A stretch of DNA of 58,810 bases from positions 1 to 58,810 of IMG/VR virus record IMGVR_UViG_3300021197_000369; one strand, 5' to 3'. A program made the position numbers and the translations under genes. This document shows positions 41,635-52,102 of the stretch, piece after piece; position 1 is the first letter of the stretch, and each line of letters opens with the position of its first letter. The notes beneath the pieces were generated by a model. That model worked only from the letters and a program-made list of their open reading frames with translations, did not search any database and was not told where the DNA came from. This DNA is from a virus (lineage: Duplodnaviria; Caudoviricetes).

Positions 41635-43170
41635 ATGAACATAGACGAACGGTTTATGGCTGCGTTTGAGGGCTTTGACGCAGCACATGGACAGACACAG
41701 ATATCGAATGAACGAAGGGCTGGTAAACAGAAAGCTAAGTCGTACATCGTAAGAAAGCCACTGACATTAGATTTGATTCGTGAACACTTACAGGGGTTGA
41801 ATGGTGTTGGATCTATTCCTATTAACGAGCACAACAAGTGCAAATTTGGCGCTCTTGATATTGATCAGTATCCTTTGGATCTGGTGGCAATAGACAAGAA
41901 ACTGCGCGATATGGAAGTGCCCTGCATTGTATGCAGGAGCAAGTCCGGCGGTGCTCACATATTCTTTTTCTTCAATGACTGGATCAGCGCAGGAGAGTTG
42001 CGTGACAAAGCATCAGAGATTGCTGCCTATCTTGGGTACGGTGGCTGCGAAATATTTCCGAAGCAGGAGCAAATTCTTGTCGAGCGTGGTGATGTTGGGA
42101 ACTTTATTAATCTTCCGTACTTTGATTCGGAACAGACGCTCCGCTTCGCGGTTGACGAAGATGGTGAGCCAGCATCGTTAGAAAGATTCCTTGAACTCGT
42201 CTCTGCCCGATCTGTAGACCCAAATGTTTTTGTTGGTTTGACATTTGGTGAACAGGTTGACGAGTTCGTTGAGTGGTCTCCCTGCCTGAACTGTATGTTT
42301 GGGCAGGGGATTCCAGAGGGCACACGCAATACAGTTATGTTTGCAGCAGCAGTTGCCTGTAAGAAGGAACAGCCAGACAACTGGCGGCAACGGCTAGAAG
42401 AAATCAACATGAAGTATTGCACTCCGCCGCTACCAGCTACGGAGATTGTTACCATACAGCAGCAGCATGAGAAGAAAGAGTATGGCTTTCCGTGTGATCA
42501 GGAGCCGCTCAAATCCTTTTGCAACAAGAGCCTGTGCAAGACAAAAAAGTTTGGCATCGGATCCAACATAACAAGCGTAGAGGTCACGGGTCTGTGTGTT
42601 GTCAAATCAGAGCCGCCTGTGTGGTTTTGTGATGTGGGCGGTAAGCGAGTGGAGTTAACGACAGATGACCTACAGACACCACAACGTTTTCAAAAAGCAT
42701 GCATGGAACAGATACACATCATGCCACCAATGATGAAGATGGCTGATTGGCAGGTCATTGTATCTATGATGATGGAAGATATGAGTGAGATCGAAGTGCC
42801 GGAAGAACTGACATACAAAGGTCAGTTCATGGATCTGCTTGAAGCATTCTGTGACGGCAGGGTACAGGCGCAGTCAGCCGAAGAGCTAGCACTGGGCAAG
42901 CCGTTCACTGATGACGAAGAGGGCAGGACATTCTTCAAGCTTGAAGCATTAATCAAGTATCTACGCAACAACAAGTTTGACAGCTACAGTCGTGGTCAAA
43001 TACAGGAACGTCTGAAAGAATTAAACATCGATGGTACAGCCAATGGACAAAAAAGATTCAACACAAGCAGGGGTGACACCAAGCCTATGCGCGTGTGGTG
43101 GGTGCCGTCGTTTAGCACCGAGGTCCAAGTACCAAGGATCGATGTCGGGGAGAACGAGGTGCCCTTCTAA
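41635..43170 (+). CDS. Primase/AEP-like protein with PriCT-like region
   Basis: ALDID, RSKSGGAH, EIFPKQ, GNFINLPY, EGTRN; GGAG RBS before MNIDE. Confidence 0.8.
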   Translation: MNIDERFMAAFEGFDAAHGQTQISNERRAGKQKAKSYIVRKPLTLDLIREHLQGLNGVGSIPINEHNKCKFGALDIDQYPLDLVAIDKKLRDMEVPCIVCRSKSGGAHIFFFFNDWISAGELRDKASEIAAYLGYGGCEIFPKQEQILVERGDVGNFINLPYFDSEQTLRFAVDEDGEPASLERFLELVSARSVDPNVFVGLTFGEQVDEFVEWSPCLNCMFGQGIPEGTRNTVMFAAAVACKKEQPDNWRQRLEEINMKYCTPPLPATEIVTIQQQHEKKEYGFPCDQEPLKSFCNKSLCKTKKFGIGSNITSVEVTGLCVVKSEPPVWFCDVGGKRVELTTDDLQTPQRFQKACMEQIHIMPPMMKMADWQVIVSMMMEDMSEIEVPEELTYKGQFMDLLEAFCDGRVQAQSAEELALGKPFTDDEEGRTFFKLEALIKYLRNNKFDSYSRGQIQERLKELNIDGTANGQKRFNTSRGDTKPMRVWWVPSFSTEVQVPRIDVGENEVPF

Positions 43171-44684
43171 TGGAAACTACAATTTTTGGACCACCCGGTA
43201 CGGGTAAGACAACCAGACTTATATCAATCGTGGAAGACGAGCTTTCTCGCGGCACACCACCGGACAGGATTGCGTTTGTGTCGTTCAGTCGGAAGGCCGC
43301 AGAAGAAGCGCGTAACCGTGCAGCAGAAAAGCTGAACATGGACGCACAACAAATGGTTTGGTTTCGCACACTGCATTCACTGGCCTTTAATTCACTGGGT
43401 CTGAATAGTCAGAAGGTGTTGAAAGGTGCAGATTACACAAAGATAGGCAAGTATCTGGGGCTGGAGTTCTCTTCTAACTCGTCTGTAAAAATGTCTGACG
43501 GCATATTGTTTACACCGGGGCGTAGTGGTGATGCGTACTTGTCGTTAGTTCAAATGGCGCGTGTCACAGGCAGGACACTAGAAGAACAATTTTCTGTTAC
43601 AGCAGATCGCAGGTTGCATTACCAGCAACTGAAGCTAGTGGATCAGGTCTTGTGTGACTACAAGAAGGAAACAAACAAGCTAGATTTTGTTGACATGATC
43701 GAACAGTTTGTAGCCGAGGGCCAAGGTCCGACGTTAGATGTCCTGATTGTAGACGAAGCGCAGGACCTTGTACCTATGCAATGGCGCATGGTGCACGAGG
43801 TGCTGAAGACCAAGGCTAAACGCATCTATTATGCAGGCGATGATGATCAATGTATCTACTCGTGGATGGGTGTGGATGTGAGAGATTTCCTGCGTTCATC
43901 AGAAAATAAGATAGTATTAGATAAGTCATATAGGCTTCCCACGCAAGTGTATAATTTAGCAGATTCCCTTGTAAAACAAATAGATATACGGCAGAAAAAA
44001 GTGTGGTCACCCACCGATAAAACTGGGACAGTTGTCTGGCATCGTGATATCCTAGATGTGGACATTACAACTGGTGAGTGGCTAATCCTTGCTCGTACAA
44101 ACTTTATCGCCAACAGAATCGCAAATGACCTCAAAGAACAAGGGTTCCTGTATTGGCGCGAAGGATCCGGTTGGTCCATATCGCCCAATGTTTTAACAGG
44201 AATTGAGGTATGGCTTAGATTATGCAAGAGCAAACAACTGTCCGCATCGGAACTGAAGAGCTTATCGACACAGTTAAACTCAACCGTTATTACCAGAACT
44301 GGCAGGAAAAGCCTTGCAAACCTAAACCCAGAAGTAACTTACACGCTCACAGATATACAGAACCTGTGCGAGTTGAGCGCGACAGAGCAGACCCCGTGGC
44401 ACGAAGTCCTGAAAGTATCGGACAAGGAGCGGATCTACATTACTTCTGTACGTCGGATGGGCGAGTCTATCTTATCGGGCAAGCCGAGGATTCGGATATC
44501 GACGATTCACAAAGCCAAAGGTGGCGAGGCGGATAACGTCGCCCTATTATTAGATTCATCAAAAGCATGCGCCGAAAGCGAAGATCAAGCGTCTGAAATA
44601 CGGACGTTTTATGTTGGGCTTACTCGTGCTAAGAAGGCTCTGCATATCGTAGAGTCACAATCACAATACGGATTTCAGTTATGA
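43170..44684 (+). CDS. UvrD/Rep-family (SF1) helicase
   Basis: GPPGTGKT, DEAQD, GDDDQCIY, SYR, STIHKAKGGE, YVGLTRA. Confidence 0.93.
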   Translation: METTIFGPPGTGKTTRLISIVEDELSRGTPPDRIAFVSFSRKAAEEARNRAAEKLNMDAQQMVWFRTLHSLAFNSLGLNSQKVLKGADYTKIGKYLGLEFSSNSSVKMSDGILFTPGRSGDAYLSLVQMARVTGRTLEEQFSVTADRRLHYQQLKLVDQVLCDYKKETNKLDFVDMIEQFVAEGQGPTLDVLIVDEAQDLVPMQWRMVHEVLKTKAKRIYYAGDDDQCIYSWMGVDVRDFLRSSENKIVLDKSYRLPTQVYNLADSLVKQIDIRQKKVWSPTDKTGTVVWHRDILDVDITTGEWLILARTNFIANRIANDLKEQGFLYWREGSGWSISPNVLTGIEVWLRLCKSKQLSASELKSLSTQLNSTVITRTGRKSLANLNPEVTYTLTDIQNLCELSATEQTPWHEVLKVSDKERIYITSVRRMGESILSGKPRIRISTIHKAKGGEADNVALLLDSSKACAESEDQASEIRTFYVGLTRAKKALHIVESQSQYGFQL

Positions 44685-44962
44685 AAAGAGCAGACGTACT
44701 GGACACAGCCAAAGGCTATGTCACACAGGATCGCGCATCGCAGCATGGCGATATGGAAGACAACTTCAAGAACATTGAAACCGTTTGGTATTGGTGGGAT
44801 AGCATCAAGCCAGACGATCTTCCTGTCGGTGCGGATTGTGCCATAAAAATGACATTATTGAAGATAGCGCGTATAGCATCGAATCCAGAGCATGCGGATA
44901 ATTGGATAGACGCATGTGGATACATGGCTTGCGGCGGTGAGGTATCAACAGATGAAAGCTGA
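44681..44962 (+). CDS. DUF6378-like protein
   Basis: DR..QHG....F..I...W...M.LLKIAR...H.DNWID.CGY. Confidence 0.7.
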   Translation: MKRADVLDTAKGYVTQDRASQHGDMEDNFKNIETVWYWWDSIKPDDLPVGADCAIKMTLLKIARIASNPEHADNWIDACGYMACGGEVSTDES

Positions 44963-46823
44963 TCTATTTGACTATGAAGATACATGGGTGCCACCATCGT
45001 CGTTCCCTGATTTAACTAAATATGATCGCATAGCTATTGACTTAGAGACATGTGATCCAAACTTGACACGACTCGGTCCCGGCTGGTGCCGTGATGACGG
45101 GTATGTTATTGGCTATGCTGTAGCGGCTGGTGACTTTGTGGGTTACTTTCCTGTGCGGCACAAGTCTGGCAACCTACCAGAAAAACTTGTGGTCAACTGG
45201 CTGAAGAAGCAGTTAGCTACGCCCAACATTGAGAAGGTTATGCATAACTCTATGTATGACTTAGGCTGGCTACGTTGGGCGGGAATAAAGGTCCAAGGTC
45301 CGATAATCGATACCATGATAGCCGCGCCACTGCTAAACGAGAACCGCCTGTTCTACAACTTGAACTCGCTGTCTAAAGAATATCTGGGTGAAACAAAAAA
45401 CGAAAAGATGCTACGCGCTGCGGCGGCGATGTATGGCGTTGACGCTAAAAGTGGTATGTGGCAACTGGACTCAAGCTTTGTGGGTAGATATGCAGAGCAG
45501 GATGCTGCTGTTACGCTTCGCTTGTGGGACAGGTTGCGTGTGGATTTACAGAAGGAAGAATGCACATCTATCTTTAAACTTGAGTCCTCACTGCTACCCG
45601 TGCTGCTGGACATGAAGCAACGCGGTGTTAGAGTAGACATAGATAAAGCAGAGCAAGTAAAGAAGGAACTGCTGACAAGGGAAAAAATATTACTAGAAGA
45701 AATAAGGTCCGAGACCGGGGTTGTTGTAGAGCCTTGGGTTGCTACATCTGTGGCAAAGGCGTTTGATGCCCTTGGTCTTAAATACCATAGGACAGAAAAG
45801 ACGGATGCTCCCGCCTTTACAAAACAATTTTTGGCGAACCACGATCACCCAATCGCGAAGAAGATTGTGCGCCTTCGTGAGTTTAACAAAGCCAACACGA
45901 CATTTGTGGAGACTATTCTTGAGCATTCGCATAATGGTCGTATACATTGTGATTTTAACCCTCTTCGTTCAGATGAAGGGGGCACAGTCACAGGACGATT
46001 TTCTTCGTCCAACCCCAACCTTCAACAAATCCCGGCGCGTGACCCCGAAATAAAGGCCATGATCCGTGGTCTATTTATACCAGAAGATGGATACAAGTGG
46101 GGAAGTTTTGACTATGCATCGCAAGAACCAAGGTGGTTAGCACATTACTGTGCTCAGATCAAAGGTGCAAACAGACACGCACAGATTGATGAAGTAGTGG
46201 AGATGTACAAGCAAGGCAAAGCTGACTTCCATCAAACTGTTGCGGACATGGCAGGGGTTAGCCGCAAAGAAGCAAAGACAGTGAACCTTGGAGTCATGTA
46301 CGGCATGGGCCGCAAAAAGTTAGCTGGTGTTCTCGACTTAACAGACGAGGAAGCAAAGGAATTGCTGTACAAATATCACGAGCGTGTGCCTTTCGTAAAA
46401 GGCATCGCCGACATGACGATGAACCATGCTGCCGATAAAGGTATTATACGAACATGGCTTGGTAGGAAGTGTCGCTTCGATAAGTGGGAACCAAAATCAT
46501 TTGGATTTCACAAGGCGCTGTCGATAGAAGAGGCGATAAAACAATATGGTGGTAAGAGCATGATCAAACGTGCGTTTACCTACAAGGCGCTTAACAAGCT
46601 AATCCAAGGTTCAAGTGCCGATCAAACCAAGAAGGCTATGGTAGATTGTCACAGTGAGGGCTTATGTCCTATACTTACAGTTCACGATGAACTATGCTTT
46701 AACATAGAGTCAAAAGATCAAGCCGACAAAGTTGTTGAAATTATGACAACGTGTATACCTGATCTTAATATACCCTTCGATGTTGACGCAGCAATTGTGG
46801 ACAACTGGGGGCAGGTAGAATGA
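44952..46823 (+). CDS. polA: Family A DNA polymerase with 3'-5' exonuclease
   Basis: ExoI DLET, HN..YD, YAEQD; TGRFSSSNPNLQQIP; motif A DYASQEPR; motif B KTVNLGVMYG; motif C VHDE. Confidence 0.95.
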   Translation: MKADLFDYEDTWVPPSSFPDLTKYDRIAIDLETCDPNLTRLGPGWCRDDGYVIGYAVAAGDFVGYFPVRHKSGNLPEKLVVNWLKKQLATPNIEKVMHNSMYDLGWLRWAGIKVQGPIIDTMIAAPLLNENRLFYNLNSLSKEYLGETKNEKMLRAAAAMYGVDAKSGMWQLDSSFVGRYAEQDAAVTLRLWDRLRVDLQKEECTSIFKLESSLLPVLLDMKQRGVRVDIDKAEQVKKELLTREKILLEEIRSETGVVVEPWVATSVAKAFDALGLKYHRTEKTDAPAFTKQFLANHDHPIAKKIVRLREFNKANTTFVETILEHSHNGRIHCDFNPLRSDEGGTVTGRFSSSNPNLQQIPARDPEIKAMIRGLFIPEDGYKWGSFDYASQEPRWLAHYCAQIKGANRHAQIDEVVEMYKQGKADFHQTVADMAGVSRKEAKTVNLGVMYGMGRKKLAGVLDLTDEEAKELLYKYHERVPFVKGIADMTMNHAADKGIIRTWLGRKCRFDKWEPKSFGFHKALSIEEAIKQYGGKSMIKRAFTYKALNKLIQGSSADQTKKAMVDCHSEGLCPILTVHDELCFNIESKDQADKVVEIMTTCIPDLNIPFDVDAAIVDNWGQVE

Positions 46824-46981
46824 ATTGTTGGCATTGTGGGTTTAATTTGACTTGGGGCGGTGATCACGATCTAGAAGAAGAGGACGAAGATTACTGCATG
46901 GTAACCAATTTAAGCTGTGGTAACTGCGGATCTTTTGTACTCGTATACTTACCCAAGGACGAAGAGCAAGAAAATGTTTGA
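46820..46981 (+). CDS. Zn-ribbon protein (53 aa)
   Basis: Hand-translated: MNCWHCGFNLTWGGDHD...NLSCGNCGSFVLVYLP; ATGA overlap with polA. Confidence 0.75.
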   Translation: MNCWHCGFNLTWGGDHDLEEEDEDYCMVTNLSCGNCGSFVLVYLPKDEEQENV

Positions 46982-47192
46982 AGCAATGATCCTAGTGTGT
47001 TTGTTGGGGGATGTACAAGATTGTTTTGTAGCAGACGACACACGCGGACCATATGAAGAGATAACAGAGTGTATTGACAGAACTACCGAGATGTCAGCGC
47101 AGATAGAATCAATGAATAGGAATCACGTCGTGATGGGTGTGCGCTGCGACCCCACAGGTTCTAAACCAGAACCAGATGGATTAGAGACCTGA
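46974..47192 (+). CDS. Small 4-Cys protein (DTRGPYE paralogue B)
   Basis: MFEAMILVC...C...DTRGPYE...C..R...M...RC. Confidence 0.65.
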   Translation: MFEAMILVCLLGDVQDCFVADDTRGPYEEITECIDRTTEMSAQIESMNRNHVVMGVRCDPTGSKPEPDGLET

Positions 47193-47335
47193 CAGGTTTC
47201 GCCCTGACAACAGTCATCAATTACAGCTTTACAGTACACACACTGCCCATGACCATGCACTTGCACCACTTTTAGGGGTGATTGACAGCGCGGACAGCGA
47301 TTCTCAGCGACCTGATGGTGTATTGGTACGGTCAT
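47123..47335 (-). CDS. Small Zn-finger protein
   Basis: CPRC...VHGH.QCVYC...CCQGE. Confidence 0.65.
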   Translation of the reverse strand: MTVPIHHQVAENRCPRCQSPLKVVQVHGHGQCVYCKAVIDDCCQGETCQVSNPSGSGLEPVGSQRTPITT

Positions 47336-47378
47336 TGTAAATTAGCTCGACGAGAATCGATGTTTTTTTCTAGTGTTT

Positions 47379-47828
47379 TCAGTCATTTGTTAAATCACGG
47401 ATTCGCTTGACTAAACGCTTGGCGCGGTTCGGAACCTGATCATGCCACCTAGAATCGACCATTTCGTCTGCCATTTTGTTCCAGTCCCGGGCATCGCATC
47501 CAGCTTTCATACCTTTGAACTTGGACAGGCGTGGGTAGCCGAGGTTGAAGCACATGTTGGCGATGACCAACTGAGCCTCTTCAGGTAGCTCATCGAAGTC
47601 GTCGTACAGTCTGTGGCAATCCTCAATGGTCACAAGGATATCCAGATCAAAAGCTTGCCGTACCCGCTCTTCGGATACAGGTGTGCCGACTGGCTGACCA
47701 TTTTCGGGGTCAGCATCTTTGATTAAATGACCGATTCCGAAAGTTGGCAGAGCAAGATGGTCTAAATATATCTCGTACTTGCAGCCTTCATCGGATGCAA
47801 GCTCTTCGCGTAGCTGATCTTTGTTCAT
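47379..47828 (-). CDS. Lysozyme/endolysin (T4-lysozyme-like, GH24)
   Basis: DEG...Y.D....TFGIGH; NMCFNLG...SRW..QV..RA.R. Confidence 0.9.
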   Translation of the reverse strand: MNKDQLREELASDEGCKYEIYLDHLALPTFGIGHLIKDADPENGQPVGTPVSEERVRQAFDLDILVTIEDCHRLYDDFDELPEEAQLVIANMCFNLGYPRLSKFKGMKAGCDARDWNKMADEMVDSRWHDQVPNRAKRLVKRIRDLTND

Positions 47829-50800
47829 CGCGTTGCCAGTCTTTGTGCAAGTTCCTGATCCCTTGGGTCAGGTAAGGTCGTAGGACCGATGTTCAAGGGC
47901 CGAGGTGGTTGAACCGGAAAAGTAGCGGGGGCTGTCGAAGGGGTTGGAACAGCCCCCGCTAGTTGCGCTTCAGCAGGAGGAGTTGCCAAAGCAGCAGAAC
48001 CTTGAGTGCGTGGTGTCTTTAAGAAATCGTCGCTTATAGTATCAGGTATCCGTGATCTAGCTGCATCTTGTTTAACAATTGGATTGTTATCTGTTTCCAG
48101 ATCAACAGAACCACCATCAGCTTTACTTAAAAGATCTTCACCCGTCAAGGGGAGACGCATAAAATCGCGCCGTCTAGCAAAGATTTCACGCATTGGAAAC
48201 TCACCACCAAACTCACGGACGGTTTTTCTTGCTTGTTTTTTGACCTCGTCTGATGGTGTGAACGGGCTAAATATACCACGCATCAACTTATTTACGTTAC
48301 CTACTTTAGCTTTTTTCAAAGTCTTTCGTATTTCCTGATCGCTCATGCCCAAAGTCCGCATGTCTTTTATCACCCCAAACATCCGGTTTTGTTCACGGAA
48401 TAAAACCTGATTTGCTTTGTCATACACAGATAGGATGTTGTCGGGGTTTAAAGCCTGTTCCACACGAGCGGCACGGTTAAATATCTGGGCTGCACTTGAT
48501 ACAGACCTTTGATATTGATAGCCACCATACCGAACAATCTTGTCTGATTTTACATCAACTTCGCGTAGACCAGTTAAGATAGATGCCACTTCTTCTTCTA
48601 TCTGTCTTACGTTTCCACGCGCATCCCTGCCGTCAGGTGAGAATAAAGCCGTAGCTATTCTGCCCGGAACAAAGCCCACTTCGCCACCAAGTTCTGCTTT
48701 TGCTCCAATTGTACCAGCCGTCTGCTCTATGATACCGGGAGTAAAGGCACCAAGCACATGGGCTATACTTTTTGTCCATTGTTCATAAGTAGTATCAACT
48801 TTGAAATCACCGGAACCCTTGTTGTAAATAACAGCACCTGTTTTTGTCCTGCCGCCCCTGCCTCTTTCAGATACGTCCGCTAGTTTTTCAAACAAGATAG
48901 AATCTTCCAAAAACGGGCTAGCTAGCTCATGTGTTACGTCAACAAGTGCGCTAGTAAGGAACTTGTCTGTGTCGTACTGGTTCAAAACACCTTCCCTGTG
49001 TGCCTTCATTATAGCTCTGGCTGGACGCATCCAATAATCGTATGGGTTGGTGTAGCTAAAATCTACATATCCACTTACATAATTCTTGTTGTCTCTACCT
49101 TTTTTAACGCTGGTAGGCACTAACGTAGAAGCGCGGCTCCAGTTTGCAACGCGCCGCTGCAACGCATCCATCTGTTCTTGACCAACACCAAGAGCGTACA
49201 TACCAATACCTTGGACCGCTGGACCTGCTACACCAACTGTGCCCATAAAGCCCATCATACGACGCATGCCTATTTCTCTGACTTTTTGGTTATCGGATGC
49301 TAGTTCCTTGGCTGCATAGCTAAGTGTATTTGCGCTGGTGCGAATAATCTCGGCGGGGAAGGCAATGAAGTTACCAAGCGGAGCTTTACGCAGCAGCTTA
49401 ATAGCTTCTGGTACACGCTCATAGTTCGGGACAACATTCTTGACGATGTCCGCAGCGTAACTGTCCAGATCATCAAAGCCCATCTGTCTGGCGTATTGTT
49501 CTGCGTTGTTGGCATCACCAAGTGCGTTGACAATCTTTTGCCTTTCAAAGTGAAAGTTGTATATCTTCCATATGTCATCACCACCTTGATACCAGTCTCT
49601 AGATACCTGAGTTGCTTTTTTAAGTGGTTTTACTGCGGCGCTATCTACAAATCTTCCTAACCTACTACGACCTAATGTCCGTCTAATAAAACCTTTGTCT
49701 CGGGTGATGTTAACACCCATGCTGTCAATGTGACCTTTTAACGACCCACCCAGACCTTCTTCGATTAACTTATCCATTTCTTTAAGTTGAGTCTGAGTTC
49801 CAACCACGCCAAGACGTTGCAACTTACCATAAAAAGCTTCGCGCTGTGCGTTGTCCAACCTGTGTATATTTTCAAAAACTAACTTAATAGACTCTCCTAA
49901 ATTACCACCTCTTCCAATATTACCTTGAGCCATAGCGAAAAGCGCTGATGATGTTACGTTTCTAACTTGTGTGATTGGTGACAGAACTGTTTTGGCAAAC
50001 TGAACCTGACCCTTGGCTCTAAGAAAGTTGCCATAGGTTGAGCGGTAAATAAAATCACCGGGAGTTCCTCTAGCCATGGTTAGTTCGGTAAGTTCACTGT
50101 ATATAGAACCACCGATTTTTTCCCCAATTTTACTAGTGAATCCATGCTTTGCATATGCACCCTGTAGCGCACCGTACTGTATGTCTCCAAGATTATCTAA
50201 ATCGGTCATGGCTCCATCAGGCCCCACCTGTTTAGGCTCCCCCAGTCTTTTGTATTGTTTTGCTAACGGACTTTCTGCGGGTATGGTTTTAAATGTTTCT
50301 TCAGATATTATCTCATCACCAATTCTGGTTGGATTATCAGGATCTAAAAATTCTCTTGCCAAATAGTTGTAATAATTGTCGGTTGCACGGAACTGCGCTA
50401 GATCATTTACAGTAGCTAAGAAAGAATCCATGGGGTCTTTTATTTCACCCAGAACAGCACGAAGCACGGGTTGATTCAATGGTTTGTTTGTTATCATAGA
50501 CGTGCGTAGTCTGTCGCGCACAACTCTATCAACAGTTCCGTCTTGAGCGTTTGGACGTGCAGGCTTTTCGTACTTTTTAACAAACCGATCAACTATTTGT
50601 TTAGCATATTCAGGTCTGACACGGGCGTTGATACCGACGCCCGTTGTAAAGTCTTCGACCTCTGAAGTGCTCACCAAACGCCTGTACATGTCAGTGGCTA
50701 TGTCTGGGTTTTCTTCGTAGAATTTAATCGCGTCATCATATGATTGTTTAAATGCATCCGACTTAAACCAACTTGGATCTTCAAAAGCAGCATAACTACG

Positions 50801-52093
50801 TCTTATAAATTCAGATAGATTCTGATCAACTATCTGTTTTATGTCTGGTAGTATACCTGATGATACAAAAGGTGAACTGGCTAAAGAACTAGTTAACCTG
50901 TCTATTTGTCTTCTTGCAGCCAGTGCGCTCATCTGCATGAAGTCCGGTAAAAACTGCACAAGATCTTCGTTTTTTGTAACGTCTATTTCTTTTCCTAGTC
51001 TACCAGCCTCACGTTTAGCACCATCTATGAACCCCGGATCGCGAGTCAAGAACCCATAAAACAGGTTACCGACTTCTGTTTTATCAAGACCCGTGCCATC
51101 GGTTAATATATTTCTAAACTCGCCGTAATCATTTTTACTGCCTTTGAATGCCGCCGTTATTAATTTATCAATTCTTTTAACGATCTTATTGGCTTTTGTT
51201 ACCTGTTGCTCGACATCACCAACAATCTTAGATCTTTTTTCAAACGCATTAGCTGGCAAGAACCCACGAGATCGCAAACGTCCGAGTATTTGATCAAGGG
51301 TTTCATTGTACCATTTATCGCCAGTGGTTGCTTTTTGTACAATCCTGTTTGTTGCTTCTCCACCTTTAGCGATGATAGCGTTAAGACCCACAGCGTCGCC
51401 AACCTTTGTGGCTCCCGTCACGGCTGCACCACCTGTAACACCAATTGTTTTAAAAATTACAGGCAATGATGCCGTAACACCTGCCGCTTCTGCGGCAAAC
51501 TTTATCCTGTTTCCAAATCTACGACCAGCTTCTTCCCGTCCAGACAAACCAATGTCTTTGCTAGTCATTGTGCGTCCACGACCTACGAAGTCACCGATAG
51601 TTGTAGTGCCATCAGATGCGACCATACCATCAACAACGCCTGCTGCGCCTATACCCGTAAGTGCAGTTGTTGTCTTACTAAGATTTTTTAGTTTAGCTAA
51701 TTTAGATGCGACACCAACAGCACCGATACCGGGTACAGCGAACTGCACAAGAGCCTGTGTAATCTCACCAGTCAGGCCAGTAGGATCTATGCCAAGGTCA
51801 TCTTTGAGTTGGTTTTTTGCTTCTGTGACGCGCCTGCTATAATTTGTATCGTTTATAGCATCGGGAACAAGCGCAGCAAGTTCAGCTACACCAGCGCCAG
51901 CTTCTATTAAACCACCGACGACACCTTCGCCAAATTCTTGAAGCACACCCTCATCAGCCGGGTCTATAGGAACATCCGAACGATCTTGTTTTGGGTTTTG
52001 CTCAAGATACGCCCTGATCTTAGACATAGCTTCTGCTGGAGAAGTGCCGTCTGGTAAGTCGTATCCCTGACCTTCATAGGTGTAGGTTATCAT
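47825..52093 (-). CDS. Large internal virion (ejection) protein, putative
   Basis: 1422 aa, last of a Gly/Ala-rich internal-protein series; SPITQVRN, GGDDIWKIYNF, GNFIAFPAEIIR. Confidence 0.7.
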   Translation of the reverse strand: MITYTYEGQGYDLPDGTSPAEAMSKIRAYLEQNPKQDRSDVPIDPADEGVLQEFGEGVVGGLIEAGAGVAELAALVPDAINDTNYSRRVTEAKNQLKDDLGIDPTGLTGEITQALVQFAVPGIGAVGVASKLAKLKNLSKTTTALTGIGAAGVVDGMVASDGTTTIGDFVGRGRTMTSKDIGLSGREEAGRRFGNRIKFAAEAAGVTASLPVIFKTIGVTGGAAVTGATKVGDAVGLNAIIAKGGEATNRIVQKATTGDKWYNETLDQILGRLRSRGFLPANAFEKRSKIVGDVEQQVTKANKIVKRIDKLITAAFKGSKNDYGEFRNILTDGTGLDKTEVGNLFYGFLTRDPGFIDGAKREAGRLGKEIDVTKNEDLVQFLPDFMQMSALAARRQIDRLTSSLASSPFVSSGILPDIKQIVDQNLSEFIRRSYAAFEDPSWFKSDAFKQSYDDAIKFYEENPDIATDMYRRLVSTSEVEDFTTGVGINARVRPEYAKQIVDRFVKKYEKPARPNAQDGTVDRVVRDRLRTSMITNKPLNQPVLRAVLGEIKDPMDSFLATVNDLAQFRATDNYYNYLAREFLDPDNPTRIGDEIISEETFKTIPAESPLAKQYKRLGEPKQVGPDGAMTDLDNLGDIQYGALQGAYAKHGFTSKIGEKIGGSIYSELTELTMARGTPGDFIYRSTYGNFLRAKGQVQFAKTVLSPITQVRNVTSSALFAMAQGNIGRGGNLGESIKLVFENIHRLDNAQREAFYGKLQRLGVVGTQTQLKEMDKLIEEGLGGSLKGHIDSMGVNITRDKGFIRRTLGRSRLGRFVDSAAVKPLKKATQVSRDWYQGGDDIWKIYNFHFERQKIVNALGDANNAEQYARQMGFDDLDSYAADIVKNVVPNYERVPEAIKLLRKAPLGNFIAFPAEIIRTSANTLSYAAKELASDNQKVREIGMRRMMGFMGTVGVAGPAVQGIGMYALGVGQEQMDALQRRVANWSRASTLVPTSVKKGRDNKNYVSGYVDFSYTNPYDYWMRPARAIMKAHREGVLNQYDTDKFLTSALVDVTHELASPFLEDSILFEKLADVSERGRGGRTKTGAVIYNKGSGDFKVDTTYEQWTKSIAHVLGAFTPGIIEQTAGTIGAKAELGGEVGFVPGRIATALFSPDGRDARGNVRQIEEEVASILTGLREVDVKSDKIVRYGGYQYQRSVSSAAQIFNRAARVEQALNPDNILSVYDKANQVLFREQNRMFGVIKDMRTLGMSDQEIRKTLKKAKVGNVNKLMRGIFSPFTPSDEVKKQARKTVREFGGEFPMREIFARRRDFMRLPLTGEDLLSKADGGSVDLETDNNPIVKQDAARSRIPDTISDDFLKTPRTQGSAALATPPAEAQLAGAVPTPSTAPATFPVQPPRPLNIGPTTLPDPRDQELAQRLATR

Positions 52094-52102
52094 ATGAAGC
52101 CC

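Noticed and set aside
44681-46823. Modified-base (e.g. Z-genome) system
   Set aside because: No purZ, datZ, queuosine-pathway or other base-modification genes recognised.
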